A stretch of DNA of 64,000 nucleotides from Felis catus (lineage: Eukaryota), in NCBI RefSeq assembly GCF_018350175.1, contig NC_058383.1, positions 4,464,001 through 4,528,000 on the forward strand. Reading direction: 5' to 3'. Below are positions 40,531 through 52,918 of the stretch, in pieces; position 1 is the first letter of the stretch; each line of letters starts with the position of its first letter. The notes under the pieces were generated by a model, which worked only from the letters and a program-made list of their open reading frames with translations, was not told where the DNA came from and did no database searches. The position numbers were made by a program, and so were the translations under genes.

Positions 40531-41582
40531 AAAATCCAGGGAACTGTGATGGGCTCCAGTGAACATGCGTATGTTAGTAAACTAAGCGATCATCATGCGT
40601 GCAGGGTGGCACAGGGAAGGCCTACTGTGGCCATAATGAGAAACATCCCTGGGTGTGCTTCCCACACCCTACCCACGTGGGCATCGCTGTCTAGGGCAAA
40701 ACTCTTACGCACCATTTGCATACAGCAGGGAGAGGTTCTGAACAAAGGGCATCAGGTTTTAGCTTCTGCCAAATAGAACTTCCCCGTGAACACCCCACTT
40801 CCATTCGAACAGTCCAACCCACCCCATTTCAAAACCCGGTAAAATTTCAAACTACCCACCCAAACAAGCAGACACCACAAAAAATATGAAGGGCCAAAAA
40901 AACCAAGAAAGGGATAAGGAAAGTATAAATAACAGGGGAGCCACAAAGCCCTATCACCTCCCACCCAAGTGATGAGTGGGCTGTGGGATGACCAGGGACA
41001 AGCATCTGCTAGCCAAGTTCCTTTTACTGGTCCCAGGACGGTGGCAGGGACACTGCTCCCAGGACCAACCCACCCCCAGGCCACAGGAGCTGTCCTTTTC
41101 ACTTCTCATCTGGGCTCCCTGGGAGCTCAGCAAAGGTGTCAGGCACCAATGGAGCAGTGAAGATGCTAGAAGAGCTTAAAGATGAAAGACCCTTTCTTTC
41201 TTGTGGTCGCTGGTTTTGGGGGGAAGCTCATTCATTTTTCCCTGACAGTACAGCATCCTCTATTTAGCGTGAGGAATGAGATTCAGAAATAGAAAGCACT
41301 AACTGTGCGGTCTCCTCAGAGTAATTTTACCTAAGCGTAACCTACAATTAGAGGAGTTTGTGGACAGCTGCATGGATCTTCCTGGCCATCTAAAGGGGGA
41401 AGGGGCTAGACTCAGGGTGAGGCCACATTCACCCATGTGACCTGTGCCCAGCTGGAGAGGAAATCAGGGAGGGGCGCTGGAACACACGTTTCACACCTAG
41501 CCATCTCGCTCTCCACGTGACATTCGTTACCCTCTATATCCTCACGGGTAAACCAGAACTTCCCTGCTTCTTTTTTGACACA

Positions 41583-41678
41583 TTTTTTTAAAAGTAGGCT
41601 CCACACCCAACGTGGGGCTCAAACTCATGACCCCAAGATGGAGTTACATGATCCACTGAATGAAGCAGCCACGAGCCC
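41583..41678 (-). mobile_element. Short CanSINE (diverged)
   Basis: gtaggctccacacccaacgtggggctcaaactcatgacccc. Confidence 0.75.
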
Positions 41679-41834
41679 CTACAACTTCCCTGCTGCTAAT
41701 CTCTTTCTTTTCATTCAGTTCCTCCTGATCAGCAAATACCTTTGTCTATTTATCTTCACCCTGACAAACTCCTTAGCTCTCTGCCATCATAAACCATCCA
41801 ATTTCCACAAGCTAAACTCTTCATTCTCTTATCA

Positions 41835-42074
<240 letters not shown>

Positions 42075-42136
42075 TTAGGAGAACAGAAGTGCATTTCCCA
42101 TGTGGCACAAATCACTTTAAGAACTGCTTATTACAA

Positions 42137-42357
42137 GGGGCGCCCGGGTGGCTCGGTCGGTTAAGCATCCAACTTCAGCTCAGGTCATGATCTCGCAGTT
42201 CGTGGGTTCGAGCCCCATGTCGGGTTCTGTGCTGACAGCTCAGAGCCTGGAACCTGTTTCGGATTCTGTGTCTCCCTCTTTCTCTGCCCCTCCCCCACTC
42301 ACGCTCTGTTCCTCTCTGTCTCAAAAATAAACGTTAAAAAGAATTAAAAAAAAAAAA
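42137..42357 (+). mobile_element. CanSINE (SINEC_Fc-like)
   Basis: Full body; TSD aagaactg(c/t)ttattacaa. Confidence 0.94.
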
Positions 42358-42882
42358 GAACTGTTTATTACAAAATAGAATACTCTCACTTGTACTGATA
42401 ATCACTCTATGGGGGTTACCAGCCCTGCACAGAGATGAAGAAATTGATGGTTCAGAGATGCTAAATAAGCTGCCTAGAGTCCGGTGACTAGTTTTACCAG
42501 CCAGAACTAGTAAAAAAAGTATAGCTATGGATTTGAAACCAATCTGTCAGTCATCTTCTTTCCACAAAATATTCAGAAAAAACTAGTACTTCTGTTACAC
42601 AATATGTAGAAGAGTCAAAACAAGGTGTGGAGAGTAGGACTGAGCAGCCATGAAGCAGTTCTGTTCTAGACTTTCCTTTCCACCTGACACATTAAATACC
42701 AGTTAGGATTACAAATAAAAATGATGATTAAGATTTTAGCAAATCAGACTGTTTATACCATGATACAGGATTTAGTTATATAGGTACATGCACTGTATAT
42801 AAATCTCACATCAAAAGAAAAACTATAACCAGACAATGAACTCTAGGCAATGAAACGCATGCTTAAGTATGTATGGAGAAGT

Positions 42883-43093
42883 GGGGCGCCTGGGTGGCTC
42901 AGCTGGTTAAGCGTCCGACTTGGGCTCAGGTCACGATCTCACGGCTTGTGAGTTCGAGCCCCGTGTCGGGATCTGTGCTGACAGCTCAGAGCCCGGAGCC
43001 TCTTCAGATTCTGTGTCTTTCTCTCTCTCTCTGCCCCTCCCCCACTCATACTCTTTCTCTCAAAAATAAAAAAACATTAAAAAAAATAAAAAA
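42883..43093 (+). mobile_element. CanSINE inserted in an old L1 fragment
   Basis: GGGGCGCCTGGGTGGCTCAG head; A tail. Confidence 0.92.
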
Positions 43094-43669
43094 GTGCTTG
43101 GATCATTTAAAAAAGTGTGTATGGAGCAGTGTTGATGTTTTTGTGATTTACTTTGAAGTGCATCATAATGAAATGAAATATAAGAGAGATGTACTGACAG
43201 ACAACTGGATATATCATTCTATGGGGTGGATATTATAAAGTGGATATGATAAAATGTTAACTTTTACTAGTACTGCTGGTACTTGGGTATAGAGGTGATC
43301 CATGTAAAATTCATTTGGCTTTACTTACCATATGTTTGAAAATTTTCATAATAAACTATTGAAAGAAAAAAAAGAAATGAAAAATCTTGGCCAATTCTGG
43401 TTTCATTTTAAAAACTTGCTTTGTAAGACTAAAGATATGGAGGGTTTAACTTTTGTGGGAAAAAGATGGAGTTACAGTAAAAGAAGTTAAATACAGAAGC
43501 CAAAGTGGCTCAGGATAGAAATCCCACTGAAGGAGAAGTATATTCTGAAATCCTGTTTTGCAGGCTGGTCTTTAAGGATGTGTTCTGACCAAGCACTTTC
43601 TTCCCACAAAAATGAAAACAGCAGAGCACTTCCAGGTAGAGACTGCAAAACAAAGAGCACGACACTTGC

Positions 43670-43772
43670 CTTGGTCTCATCTTGGCTGGCAAGCAGGCTG
43701 CTACTGGGGTTGATAATGACTCTGTCTTCCCTCTTTGGATAATCTGGATTTTCCAGAAGAAAATTACAAAGT
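43670..43772 (-). CDS. RNF216: RNF216 exon 6 (103 nt): (V)[34 protein letters not shown]
   Basis: Acceptor ttttgcAG, donor AAG|GCAAGT (GC). This boundary keeps the frame into exon 7. Confidence 0.94.
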
Positions 43773-44162
43773 CTGCAAAAATAAATAACATTATTTTCAT
43801 AGCGCTTCCAAATCCTACACTGCCCATTGATTCAAATACAACGTTCGAAAAATAATGTGCCTTGTCATACACTATGATTGGCTTAAGAAATTAAAATGTT
43901 TGTGGATCAGAAAAATGAAACAAAAAAGATACACTTACTTTCTACTTTTTGCTTCTAACTTTAAAAAGCAATAAGCATACTAAAAACGCACACTTCTCTG
44001 AAGTTTTCTATTAGTCAATGTAATGAAGCCACCGAAATTCTTACTGGTTGAACTGGATGGAGCTGGAGAATCTAGATGAAGAGGATCTACCGTTTGTCAG
44101 AAAACTCTAACAAATAAAGGATGGGAAAACGTATTCACATTCACAATTAAAACCAGTTTGCT

Positions 44163-44284
44163 GGGAGCCTGGGTGGTTCAGTCGGTTGAGCGTCCGACTC
44201 TTGATTTCGGCTCAGGTCATATTCTCAGGGTTGTGGGATCGAGACCTTTGTCAGGTTCTGTACTCAGCGTGGAGCCTGCTTGGG

Positions 44285-44330
<46 letters not shown>

Positions 44331-44368
44331 CCTCACTGCTTGCATTCTCTCTCTCTCACTAAAATAAA
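44163..44368 (+). mobile_element. CanSINE with (TC)n
   Basis: Head, TC run at about 44288-44326, tail. Confidence 0.9.
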
Positions 44369-44547
44369 ACAAAGGACAAAAACCAACTTGCTAAGTAAAT
44401 AAATGGAAAAATTAACCTTCTATTAATATATTTTTTTAACCCTATGGCAATATAAATCCCCATGAGCAATTTGAGTGACATTCAGTTTACACAGCTAACT
44501 GCAAGGCTGAAGGAACAGGCCATGTCTGCTTAAGAATGGACTGTCTT

Positions 44548-45218
44548 TTGGCTAAAATGAACAAATCAGGTGACTATAGATGCTGGCGAGGATGTGGAGA
44601 AATGGGAACCCTCTTGCACTGTTGGTGGGAATGCAAACTGGTGCAGCTGCTCTGGAAAACACAATGGAGCTTCCTCAAAAAATTAAAAATGGGTCAGACA
44701 CAGCACTGCTAGGAATTTATCCAAGGGATCCAGGAGTACTGATGCACAGGGGCACATGTACCACAATGTTTACAGCAGCACTTTCAACAATAGCTAAATT
44801 ATGGAAAGAGCCTAAATGTCCATCATCTGGTGAATGGATAAATAAGATATGGTTTATAGATACAATGGAGTGCTACTTGGCACTGACAACGAATAAAATC
44901 CTGCCATTTGCAGCAACGTGGATGGAACTGGAGAGTATTATGCTAAGTGAAATAAGTCAGTCAGAGAAAGACAGATATATGTGGAAGTTGAGAAACTTAA
45001 CAGAAGACCAGGGGGGAGGGGAAGGGGCAAAAATTACAGAGGGAGGAAGGCAAACCGTAAGAGACTCTTAAATACAGAGAACAAACTGAGGGTGGATGGG
45101 GGGGTGGGGGGGAGGGGAGAGCGGGTGATGGGCACTGAGGAGGGCACCTGTTGGGATGAGCACTGGGTGTTGTATGGAAACCAATTTGACAATAAATTAT
45201 GTTAAAAAAAAAAAAAAA
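44548..45218 (+). mobile_element. 5'-truncated carnivore L1 (ORF2 C-terminus, 3' UTR, poly-A)
   Basis: ORF 44580..45071 contains MFTAALSTIAKLWKEPKCPS...FAATWMELESIMLSEISQSEKD; AATAAA then poly-A; TSD aagaatggactgtctt/aaggatggactctctt. Confidence 0.95.
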
Positions 45219-46636
45219 GGATGGACTCTCTTCATACCAAACCCACAGCCTTGTCCTTTCATCACTCATGAAATGCTTTAAAGGTAAGGAATATAAATAA
45301 CACACGCTGATGTATCATTGCCCAGATTTAACAAATGTTAACCAGCAAGGTTCTTCACCCCGAAACAACCCAATATGGCAACAAACTGAGCTCCTGGGAC
45401 GATTCCACAGTGACAGCAACAGCCTGGGCGGCACGCAGCACAAGCCGCTGCAGTAGCAGGGAAGCTTACGGGCCACGTAAGGGCCACGGGGCTTCCCTGC
45501 GGGATGGCTCCTCCATCCTTTTCCCCTCCCTTGCTCCTGCAGGTTCTTAGGATGACTCCGCTCCATGATTCTCAACTCTCTTCTTTCCAGGTCTCTCCTG
45601 CCCCGTGTTGTCTCCAATACTGGAGCCTTTACTTGTTAAGATAGGTAGCGAGTAGGTAAATAAGACAGGAAGAGGACAGAGGAAAAGCACTCCCCTCCAG
45701 CATCTCTTCTCACCCACGGGCCAGTGTTGGGGAACCGAGCAATGGCGAGGCATGCTTCTTCTGCAACCCCGAGGAGCCTCAGTATCGGCCCGATTGCAAA
45801 GCCCCCTCCTTAGCCTACTCAAGGACCTGGTCAGCACTGGTCGGCATCCCTCCACATCTTCTTCTTCACCATCACTTCAGGAACCCCATGTGCTTACCAT
45901 ATCCAAGCTCTCTTGGTGATCACCATGCCCAGTCTACTGGAACATAGTGCCAGAGGCCCAGAGAGGGAAAATCCTCTTCCTGCACCACAGCTGTAGCAAG
46001 GAGAGGCACCCCAGGTCAAGAACTCTGAGCACATTTTCCTTTGAAAACACAGTCACTAACGGCGATTCTCTTTTCTGGTATGAAGTGATGAGCACTACGG
46101 GTTATACAGATCTTGGCAGGCTGACCTGAGGATTAGCCATCACCAAGAATCACTCAGTATCTACGGGGAAAGGCCTCAAGGTCTAAACTCTGTTCACGTG
46201 CACATCTGGACATACTAGAACCCAGAAGTGGAACAGCTCCTCCATTTCAAACATGCCTGTTCGTAATGTTTTGGTAAGTGTGGCTACTACAACCCAACAA
46301 ACTGCCAGGTATCAGGAATTTGGGGAAAGATAAAAAGGTCACACAGTGAAGAAGCTTCTTTGATAGACTAGTTATCCACGAGTGAAGCCAATGGTCTCCA
46401 AGTGGGATGCATGAAAGATGATCTGCTAGGGTACTGGAAGAAACTACAACAACTCCTGTTTTTTAAAGTCTCACCCTTAAAAACGTTTTCTATTTTTACG
46501 TATTTTCTAAAGTGTGAAATACAGAATTACAGTATAGGACACAGAGGTAGAATGGGAAGTATACTTTCTGGAAAACAAAACAAAAAACCTCCCTACCATA
46601 ATTTAGGGGGTTCTTCTCTGACCCATTCACCTTGTA

Positions 46637-47088
46637 TTTTTTTTTTTTATTTTTTTTTTCAACATTTATTTATTTTTGGGACAGAGAGAGACAGAGCATG
46701 AACGGGGGAGGGGCAGACAGAGAGGGAGACACAGAATCGGAAACAGGCTCCAGGCTCTGAGCCATCAGCCCAGAGCCCAACGCGGGGCTTGAACTCACGG
46801 ACTGCGAGATCGTGACCTGGCCGAAGTCGGATGCTTAACCGACTGCGCCACCCAGGCGCCCCTCACCTTGTATTTTTTATTATTATTTTTAAACGTTTAT
46901 TTATTTTTGAGAGAGAAAGAGACAGATTGCGAGCAGGGGAGGGGCAGAGAGAGAGACACACAGAATCTGAAGCAGGCTCCAGGCTCTGAGCTGTCAGCAC
47001 AGAGCCCAACGTGGGGCTCGAAATCACAAGCCAAGAGATCATGACCTGAGCTGAAGTCACTTAACTAACTGTGCCCACCCAGGCACCT
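46637..47088 (-). mobile_element. Two tandem CanSINEs (46637-46862, 46873-47088)
   Basis: Two full bodies; target tcaccttgtatttt is repeated. Confidence 0.93.
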
Positions 47089-47202
47089 CTCATTTTGTAT
47101 TTCAACATCTTCAAAAGATCACATACTGAAATGCTGCAAGATACGGAATTCCACAAGGCAGAACTCAAGAGGCTCTCATTGTTACATGTTTATGTTCCCA
47201 TC

Positions 47203-47414
47203 TTTTTTTGTAATTTTTTAAAAAGTTTTACTTATTTTTTCAGACAGCATGAGTGGGGGAGGGGCAGAGAGAGAAGGAGATACAGAATCCTAAGCAGGCT
47301 CCAGGCTCTGAGCTGTCAGCCTGGAGCCTGACACGGGGCTCGAACCAACAGACTGTGAGATCATGACCTGAGCTGAAGTCGGATGCTCAACTGACTGAGC
47401 CACCCAGGCGTCCC
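47203..47414 (-). mobile_element. CanSINE
   Basis: Reverse head gagccacccaggcgtccc. Confidence 0.9.
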
Positions 47415-47593
47415 AAAAATTTCAGAAACAAAAATTCCTGCTTGAAAATACCAGTAGCCTAGAGGATGGTGAAGAAGGCTAAATCTGGTGAGGAATGGAG
47501 CATGGGAGGCATGTAGAAGCAGGTTCAAAGGTGCATTATTTGTGAAAATCAAAAAGTGGAAACAACTCAACCGTCTATCAAAAGAAGAGGGAA

Positions 47594-47768
47594 GGCGTGC
47601 CTGGGTGGCTTAGTCAGCTGAACGTCCGACTTCAGCTCAGGTCATGAGCTCATGGCTTGGGAGTTCGAGCCCCGCATCGGGCTCTGTGCTGACAGTGCAG
47701 AGTCTGGAGCCTGCTCGCGTACACTCACTCTCTCTCTCTCTCTCTCAAATATAAACATTTAAAAAAAA
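47594..47768 (+). mobile_element. CanSINE within an old L1 3' fragment
   Basis: gcctgggtggcttagtcagctgaacgtccgacttcagctcagg. Confidence 0.88.
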
Positions 47769-49329
47769 GTAGAAGGAAAAATTACAGTATTTTGATACAA
47801 ATAGATACCACATGGCAATGAAAATGAATGAATTATACTTACACAGGGCACAGAAGAACCCCAGAAACAGAATGCTGAGTGAAAGAAGGCAGTCACAAAA
47901 GAACAGAGACAATGTGAAATCTTCACAAAATCTTCAGTGTTCACAGATGGTGGCAACATTCACATTTTTGAGGACTTCTGGGTGGTAGTTACATGCATGC
48001 TTGATTTGTGATAAATTAAGCAGCTATCTTTACTTTGTCCATTTTTCCGTATCAGTATTGCAGTCCACAATAAAAAAGGTTTGAAAAATGCTGAATATTA
48101 AAAAAGAACTTGCAAAGTACATCAAATTATAGTTAGGAGTTCCTAGGAGTCCAAACCTAAGCGGAAGTAAAACCCCAGAGAAGTGAGCTAAACACAGAGG
48201 CAAGACCGCCCAGAGTGCACTCATCGATCCTAAAAGACTCGAGGCCTTAGTTCCCAGGGCGCACAAGGTTAAGAGACAAAGCTCACAAAGCACAAGGAAA
48301 AGCAAGCCTGAACACTGACGATGAATGGATGGAGAGGAAAACCAAACTCCCTGTGAGAACTGGTGAAGACCACCCAGTCCTAACCCAGGACTAAATGCTG
48401 ACTCTCTGGATGATCCTGCAGACAGCCCTGCAGACAACAACCTGAAATATAAAGTGGTACTAGACGAACACCACCCCTGGGCACATGAGGAAAGACACAG
48501 CAAATCCTCCCCTGAAGGAAGAGTTTCTATCAAGACCTCAAAAAATGAGCTCACAATCAAAATTTACAAGAAACACAAGGAAACAGGACACCAAGAGAGC
48601 CGGCAGAAACAACAGAATGAGATTCATAAGAACTTGACATCAGAATGATCACACTCGGAACACAAGCTACGTTTATTCGCTGTGTTTGAAGAACTAAATG
48701 AATTAAAAATACAGGTAAAAAATAACACTAGAAAAATGTTAAGGAGAATTCTAAGGATGCCAGAATGAAAAAAATATAGGAACCGGAACCAGAAACATAG
48801 TGTATGAGTGTAAAGGCAGATTACACGCCATTAAAAAGACACTTAGTGAGCTGGAAGACATCCCTGAAGAGATCATCCAGAGTGTATCAATCACAGAGAC
48901 AAAGAGATGGTGTTAAGAGCCACAGAGCGCGGGGGAGAGCGTTAAAGCAGAGGGGAGAAAGAGAACAGGATCTGAACAGACAACGGCTACCAAATTTCCA
49001 GAACCAAGGAACATCATCCATCTATGGCCTACAACAGTCTGCATTCTAACTGTACTGCCTCAATGCATGAAGCACAAAGTAACTATCAAACATTTCTTAC
49101 TTCACTCAATCAATAGTTTTCATTAATAGTAACATTGGTACTACAATTTTACCTTATTTTATGTATACTGTAGGACAAAGAAAATATATTAATGTTATTA
49201 GAAATTGACGTTTTAGTGGAAGAACACATAAATGTAAAATTTAGAAAGACCAAGAAAAAAAAACCTTAAAATGTTAAATCTGGATGGGAAATTATGAATA
49301 TAAGTCCATGATTTAAAATGCCTTGTCCA

Positions 49330-49565
49330 GGGGCGCCTGGGTGGCACAGTCGGTTGGGCGTCCGACTTCAGCCAGGTCATGATCTCGCGGTACGGGAGTT
49401 CGAGCCCCGCGTCGGGCTCTGGGCTGATGGCTCAGAGCCTGGAGCCTGTTTCCGATTCTGTGTCTCCCTCTCTGTCTGCCCCTCCCCCGTTCATGCTCTG
49501 TCTCTCTCTGTCCCAAAAATAAAATAAACGTTGAAAAAAAAATTAAAAAAAAAAAAATAAATAAA
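49330..49565 (+). mobile_element. Young SINEC_Fc
   Basis: Near consensus; TSD aaaatgccttgtc. Confidence 0.95.
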
Positions 49566-50052
49566 ATGCCTTGTCTGTCCCCTGAAATAGCCTACAAGTG
49601 ATGACATGGTAGTGGCAATGAGGAGCAGGTCTAGTCCTCAGATATGAGTTTATAGGATCAACCCTTACTCTATGGAACCTAGGTTTCTTGGAGAAACGAC
49701 AAGATTCCAGGTTTAGGACAGAAAAGTTCAAGGTAAGCAAAGGCAACTCGGTATTTTAGAAAGTAAGGACGCCAGCTCAGACTAATAAGGACCACGCCAA
49801 AAAGACACAGATGCATCTTAAGAGGCTCCTACTGGTCAAACTTAGGATAATTCTGTATCAAACACAAAAAGGTTGTAACTGATTGTAAAACACCACTTCT
49901 GTAAAACCTTTAACTCCATAGTAACTCTAAAAAAGAGCAAGAGGAAGTAAAGGGGCAAGATGTTCCTTAAGCAGATAACAATCCATGTGGCAGATGTTAT
50001 CGATGCTCGCTGTACAGTCTTTTAACCTATGTTAAAAAATACTAGGGGGGCT

Positions 50053-50280
50053 GGGGCGCCTGGGTGGCGCAGTCGGTTAAGCGTCCGACTTCAGCCAGGT
50101 CACGATCTCGCGGTCTGTGAGTTCGAGCTCCACGTCGGGCTCTGGGCTGATGGCTCAGAGCCTGGAGCCTGTTTCCGATTCTGTGTCTCCCTCTCTCTCT
50201 GCCCTTCCCCCGTTCATGCTCTGGCTCTCTCTGTCCCAAAAATAAATAAACGTTAAAAAAAAAAAATTAAAAAAAAAAAA
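50053..50280 (+). mobile_element. Young SINEC_Fc
   Basis: Near consensus; TSD aaaaaatactaggggg. Confidence 0.95.
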
Positions 50281-50323
50281 TACTAGGGGGAAAAGTCAAT
50301 GTCATTAAAAAAAAGTAAGTGGC

Positions 50324-50540
50324 GGGACGCCTGGGTGGCTCAGTCGGTTAAGTGGCCAACTTCGGCTCAGGTCATGATCTCGCGGTCCATGAGTTCGAGC
50401 CCCGCGTCGGGCTCTGTGCTAACAGCTCGGAGCCTGGAGCCTGTTTCAGATTCTGTGTCTCCCCCTCTCTGACCCTCCCCTGTTCATGCTCTGTCTGTCT
50501 CAAAAATAAATAAACGTTAAAAAAAAAATTTTTTTTTAAA
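50324..50540 (+). mobile_element. CanSINE (SINEC_Fc-like)
   Basis: Full body; TSD aaaagtaagtgg. Confidence 0.93.
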
Positions 50541-51339
50541 AGTAAGTGGGGGACTGTTCTAGATTAAACAGCTAAAGAGATAAATACATGATGAAAACCT
50601 TGACTCAATCCTGGTTTAAAAACTGGTCACAGCGCTGCCGCTGGACAGAGGGCAATAGGGTGGCCACTGGCACCAATAGTGTCTTTGTACAAATTAGGAA
50701 TAAGCATCTCCTCTAGGCTGCTGACCTGGGAAACGGGGCTCTTTCCTCTCGGCCATGGCAGGGAACAGCTCCCAGCTGCACCCTTGCCTGAGTGAGTACC
50801 ACGGTAGAAGCTATAATCTCTGAGGGCGGAGGTTTTGGTACACTCCCCCTTCTGTGTTAATTAGCTGAAAATTTTATTAGTTTCAATATTCTACCGTTCT
50901 TCATTAACTTGTAACTGTTTTACCTCCGCACGCTGTAAGGAGGGGAAAGAATGTGAAAGGAAAGAGACTTACTTTTCATTTTGTATTCTTTGGGACACTG
51001 CTATTTTTATTTATTTAAAAAAAATTTTATTCTTCCCCCTCCAACCAGAACATTTATATTTTTACAAAATCACAGTTCACATTTTTATGATAAAGGGACT
51101 AAAGAAACACTTCTTTGCATTTTCCCAAATAGAGAAAGTGGTTGCAGAACACTGGTACAACCACAGGGAAGAAAATGTCTTTTAACAACCTGACCAAAAT
51201 ACAACCTCGACCAAAATGAGTTATCAATGCTCAGAATTAATGAAACACCTTCATTCCACAGCCATGCAGGATTCAGTAAAACCCAGAAAACAGTCTGTAT
51301 GGGACAAAAATGAGAACTCTTCATATAGGATTATTAAAA

Positions 51340-51670
51340 ACGACAAAATGCTAAGTGAAATAAGCCAGTCACAAAAAGACAAATACTGTGTTATGCTCCT
51401 AGTATCAAGTCCCTAGGGTAGTCAAATTCAGAGAGACAGAAAGTAGAAGTGTAGGTCCCAGGGCCTGGGGGGCGGAGGAGTGGTGGGAAAAAGAAGTTAA
51501 TGTTAAAGGGGACAGAGTGTCAGCTTGGGAAAATGAAAATGTCTGGAGATGGTGTTGATGGTTGCGCAAAAATGTGAAGAAACTTAATGCCAATGGTCTA
51601 TATACCTAAAAAATGATAAAAATGGTAGGTTTTCACATTACGTGTATTTTACCACAATAAGAAAAAAAAG
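51340..51670 (+). mobile_element. L1M 3' end fragment
   Basis: atgctaagtgaaataagccagtcacaaaaagacaaatactg...attttaccacaataagaaaaa; ends about 20 nt from the exon 5 donor. Confidence 0.85.
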
Positions 51671-51688
51671 GCATGGTAGTGTACTTAC

Positions 51689-51765
51689 ACATTCAAATCA
51701 TAATAATTCTTCAAATGAATTATCTCCTCAACATACCCATTTGCAACATCTGGAAATCTTGCTTC
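51689..51765 (-). CDS. RNF216: RNF216 exon 5 (77 nt): EARFPDVANGYVEEIIHLKNYYDLN(V)
   Basis: Acceptor ttcctttttAG, donor GTAAGT. Phase 0 in, phase 2 out, matching its neighbours. Translated by hand; not in the ORF track. Confidence 0.96.
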
Positions 51766-52179
51766 CTAAAAAGGAATAAAGACATTATTCGTATTTTATC
51801 CACTACAACGGTTTCAAATTGCAATAACAGCCAGAGGGCAAAAAGTAAAATGACTGAAGATGACAAAAGGGCTGTAAAGCAGGTCTGTGCCCCGACTTCT
51901 CTGTCTACAGAGACTGTGGACTCTAGAGAGGCCCCTAGCAATTATCTGGTCCTCTGCCACTTTGCATAGCCATTCTTCACTCTTTCAAAAAACACTGAAC
52001 ATCTCAGCCCCGGCGAAGGCAATCCAAAGGGGAGTAAAGCACTACCCCTTAAGGTGCACGTGAGCTAGTGTGCCGGATGAAAACACCTGGGGGAAGGAGG
52101 GTTAAGGGCTTGTTCAAAGGCAAACAGCAGCTGAGCCAGAACACACAGCCCTGCATTACGTTCTACATCAAGGATATCC

Positions 52180-52605
52180 AACAGAACTCCATTCAATAAT
52201 GGAAACGTTCTATTCTGTGCTTGCCACCATGGGAGCTATTCAGCCCCACGTGGCTATCATGCACACCGAATGTGACTAGTACCACTGGAAATGGAATTTC
52301 AGGTTCTATTTGTTAAGACATTTAATTTTTTTCTTTAACGTTTATTTATTTTTGAGACAGAGAGAGACAGAGCATGAACGGGAGAGGGTCAGAGAGGGAG
52401 GGAGACACAGAATCGGAAACAGGCTCCAGGCTCTGAGCTGTCAGCCCAGAGCCCGACGCGGGGCTCGAACTCACGGACCGCAAGATCATGACCTGAGCCG
52501 AAGTCGGATGCTTAACCGACTGGGCCACCCAGGAGCCCCTATTTGTTAAGACGTTTAAACTTAAACAGCCACACGAGGCTACCACATTAGACAGTGCACC
52601 TCTAG
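52180..52605. mobile_element. MER3-like hAT-Charlie relic interrupted by a SINEC_Fc (52322-52539, minus strand)
   Basis: aatggaaacgttctat...ccacgtggcta...aatgtgactagt on one side and aaacagccacac...ggctaccacattagacagtgca on the other; SINE TSD tatttgttaagac. Confidence 0.75.
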
Positions 52606-52918
52606 CCTGTTTTATGGGTCTGAATTAGAGTTAACTGAAAGCCTTTTTAAAACCAGGGGGATTGCTCTTATGACAGCACCACGGTACCCATGATCTGCTG
52701 CTAAAATCCCATAGGGCTTGTTGGGGGGGTTAAGGATAGATTAAGGGATCCTAATTTAATTTCTGTATCATCAGAGTTTCTCTTCTTCTGTTCTATATAT
52801 CTAGCTGTATATCCCTTAAGAAAATGAAGCCCCCCGCCCCAACACAATGATTTTGAAGTAAAAGAAAATGCAGCTCATTTAGGGTCTATAATTATTTACT
52901 TAATAAAATAAAACTTAC

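Noticed and set aside
44580..45071. 163-aa ORF as a host gene
   Set aside because: It is the ORF2 C-terminus of a 5'-truncated L1, with TSD and poly-A.
48030..48560. 176-aa Leu/Ser-rich ORF
   Set aside because: Antisense reading of A-rich, probably L1-derived sequence, with no domain or splice support.
52674..52690. REST/NRSE-like CAGCACCACGG
   Set aside because: Only the left half matches; the GGACAG right half is absent.
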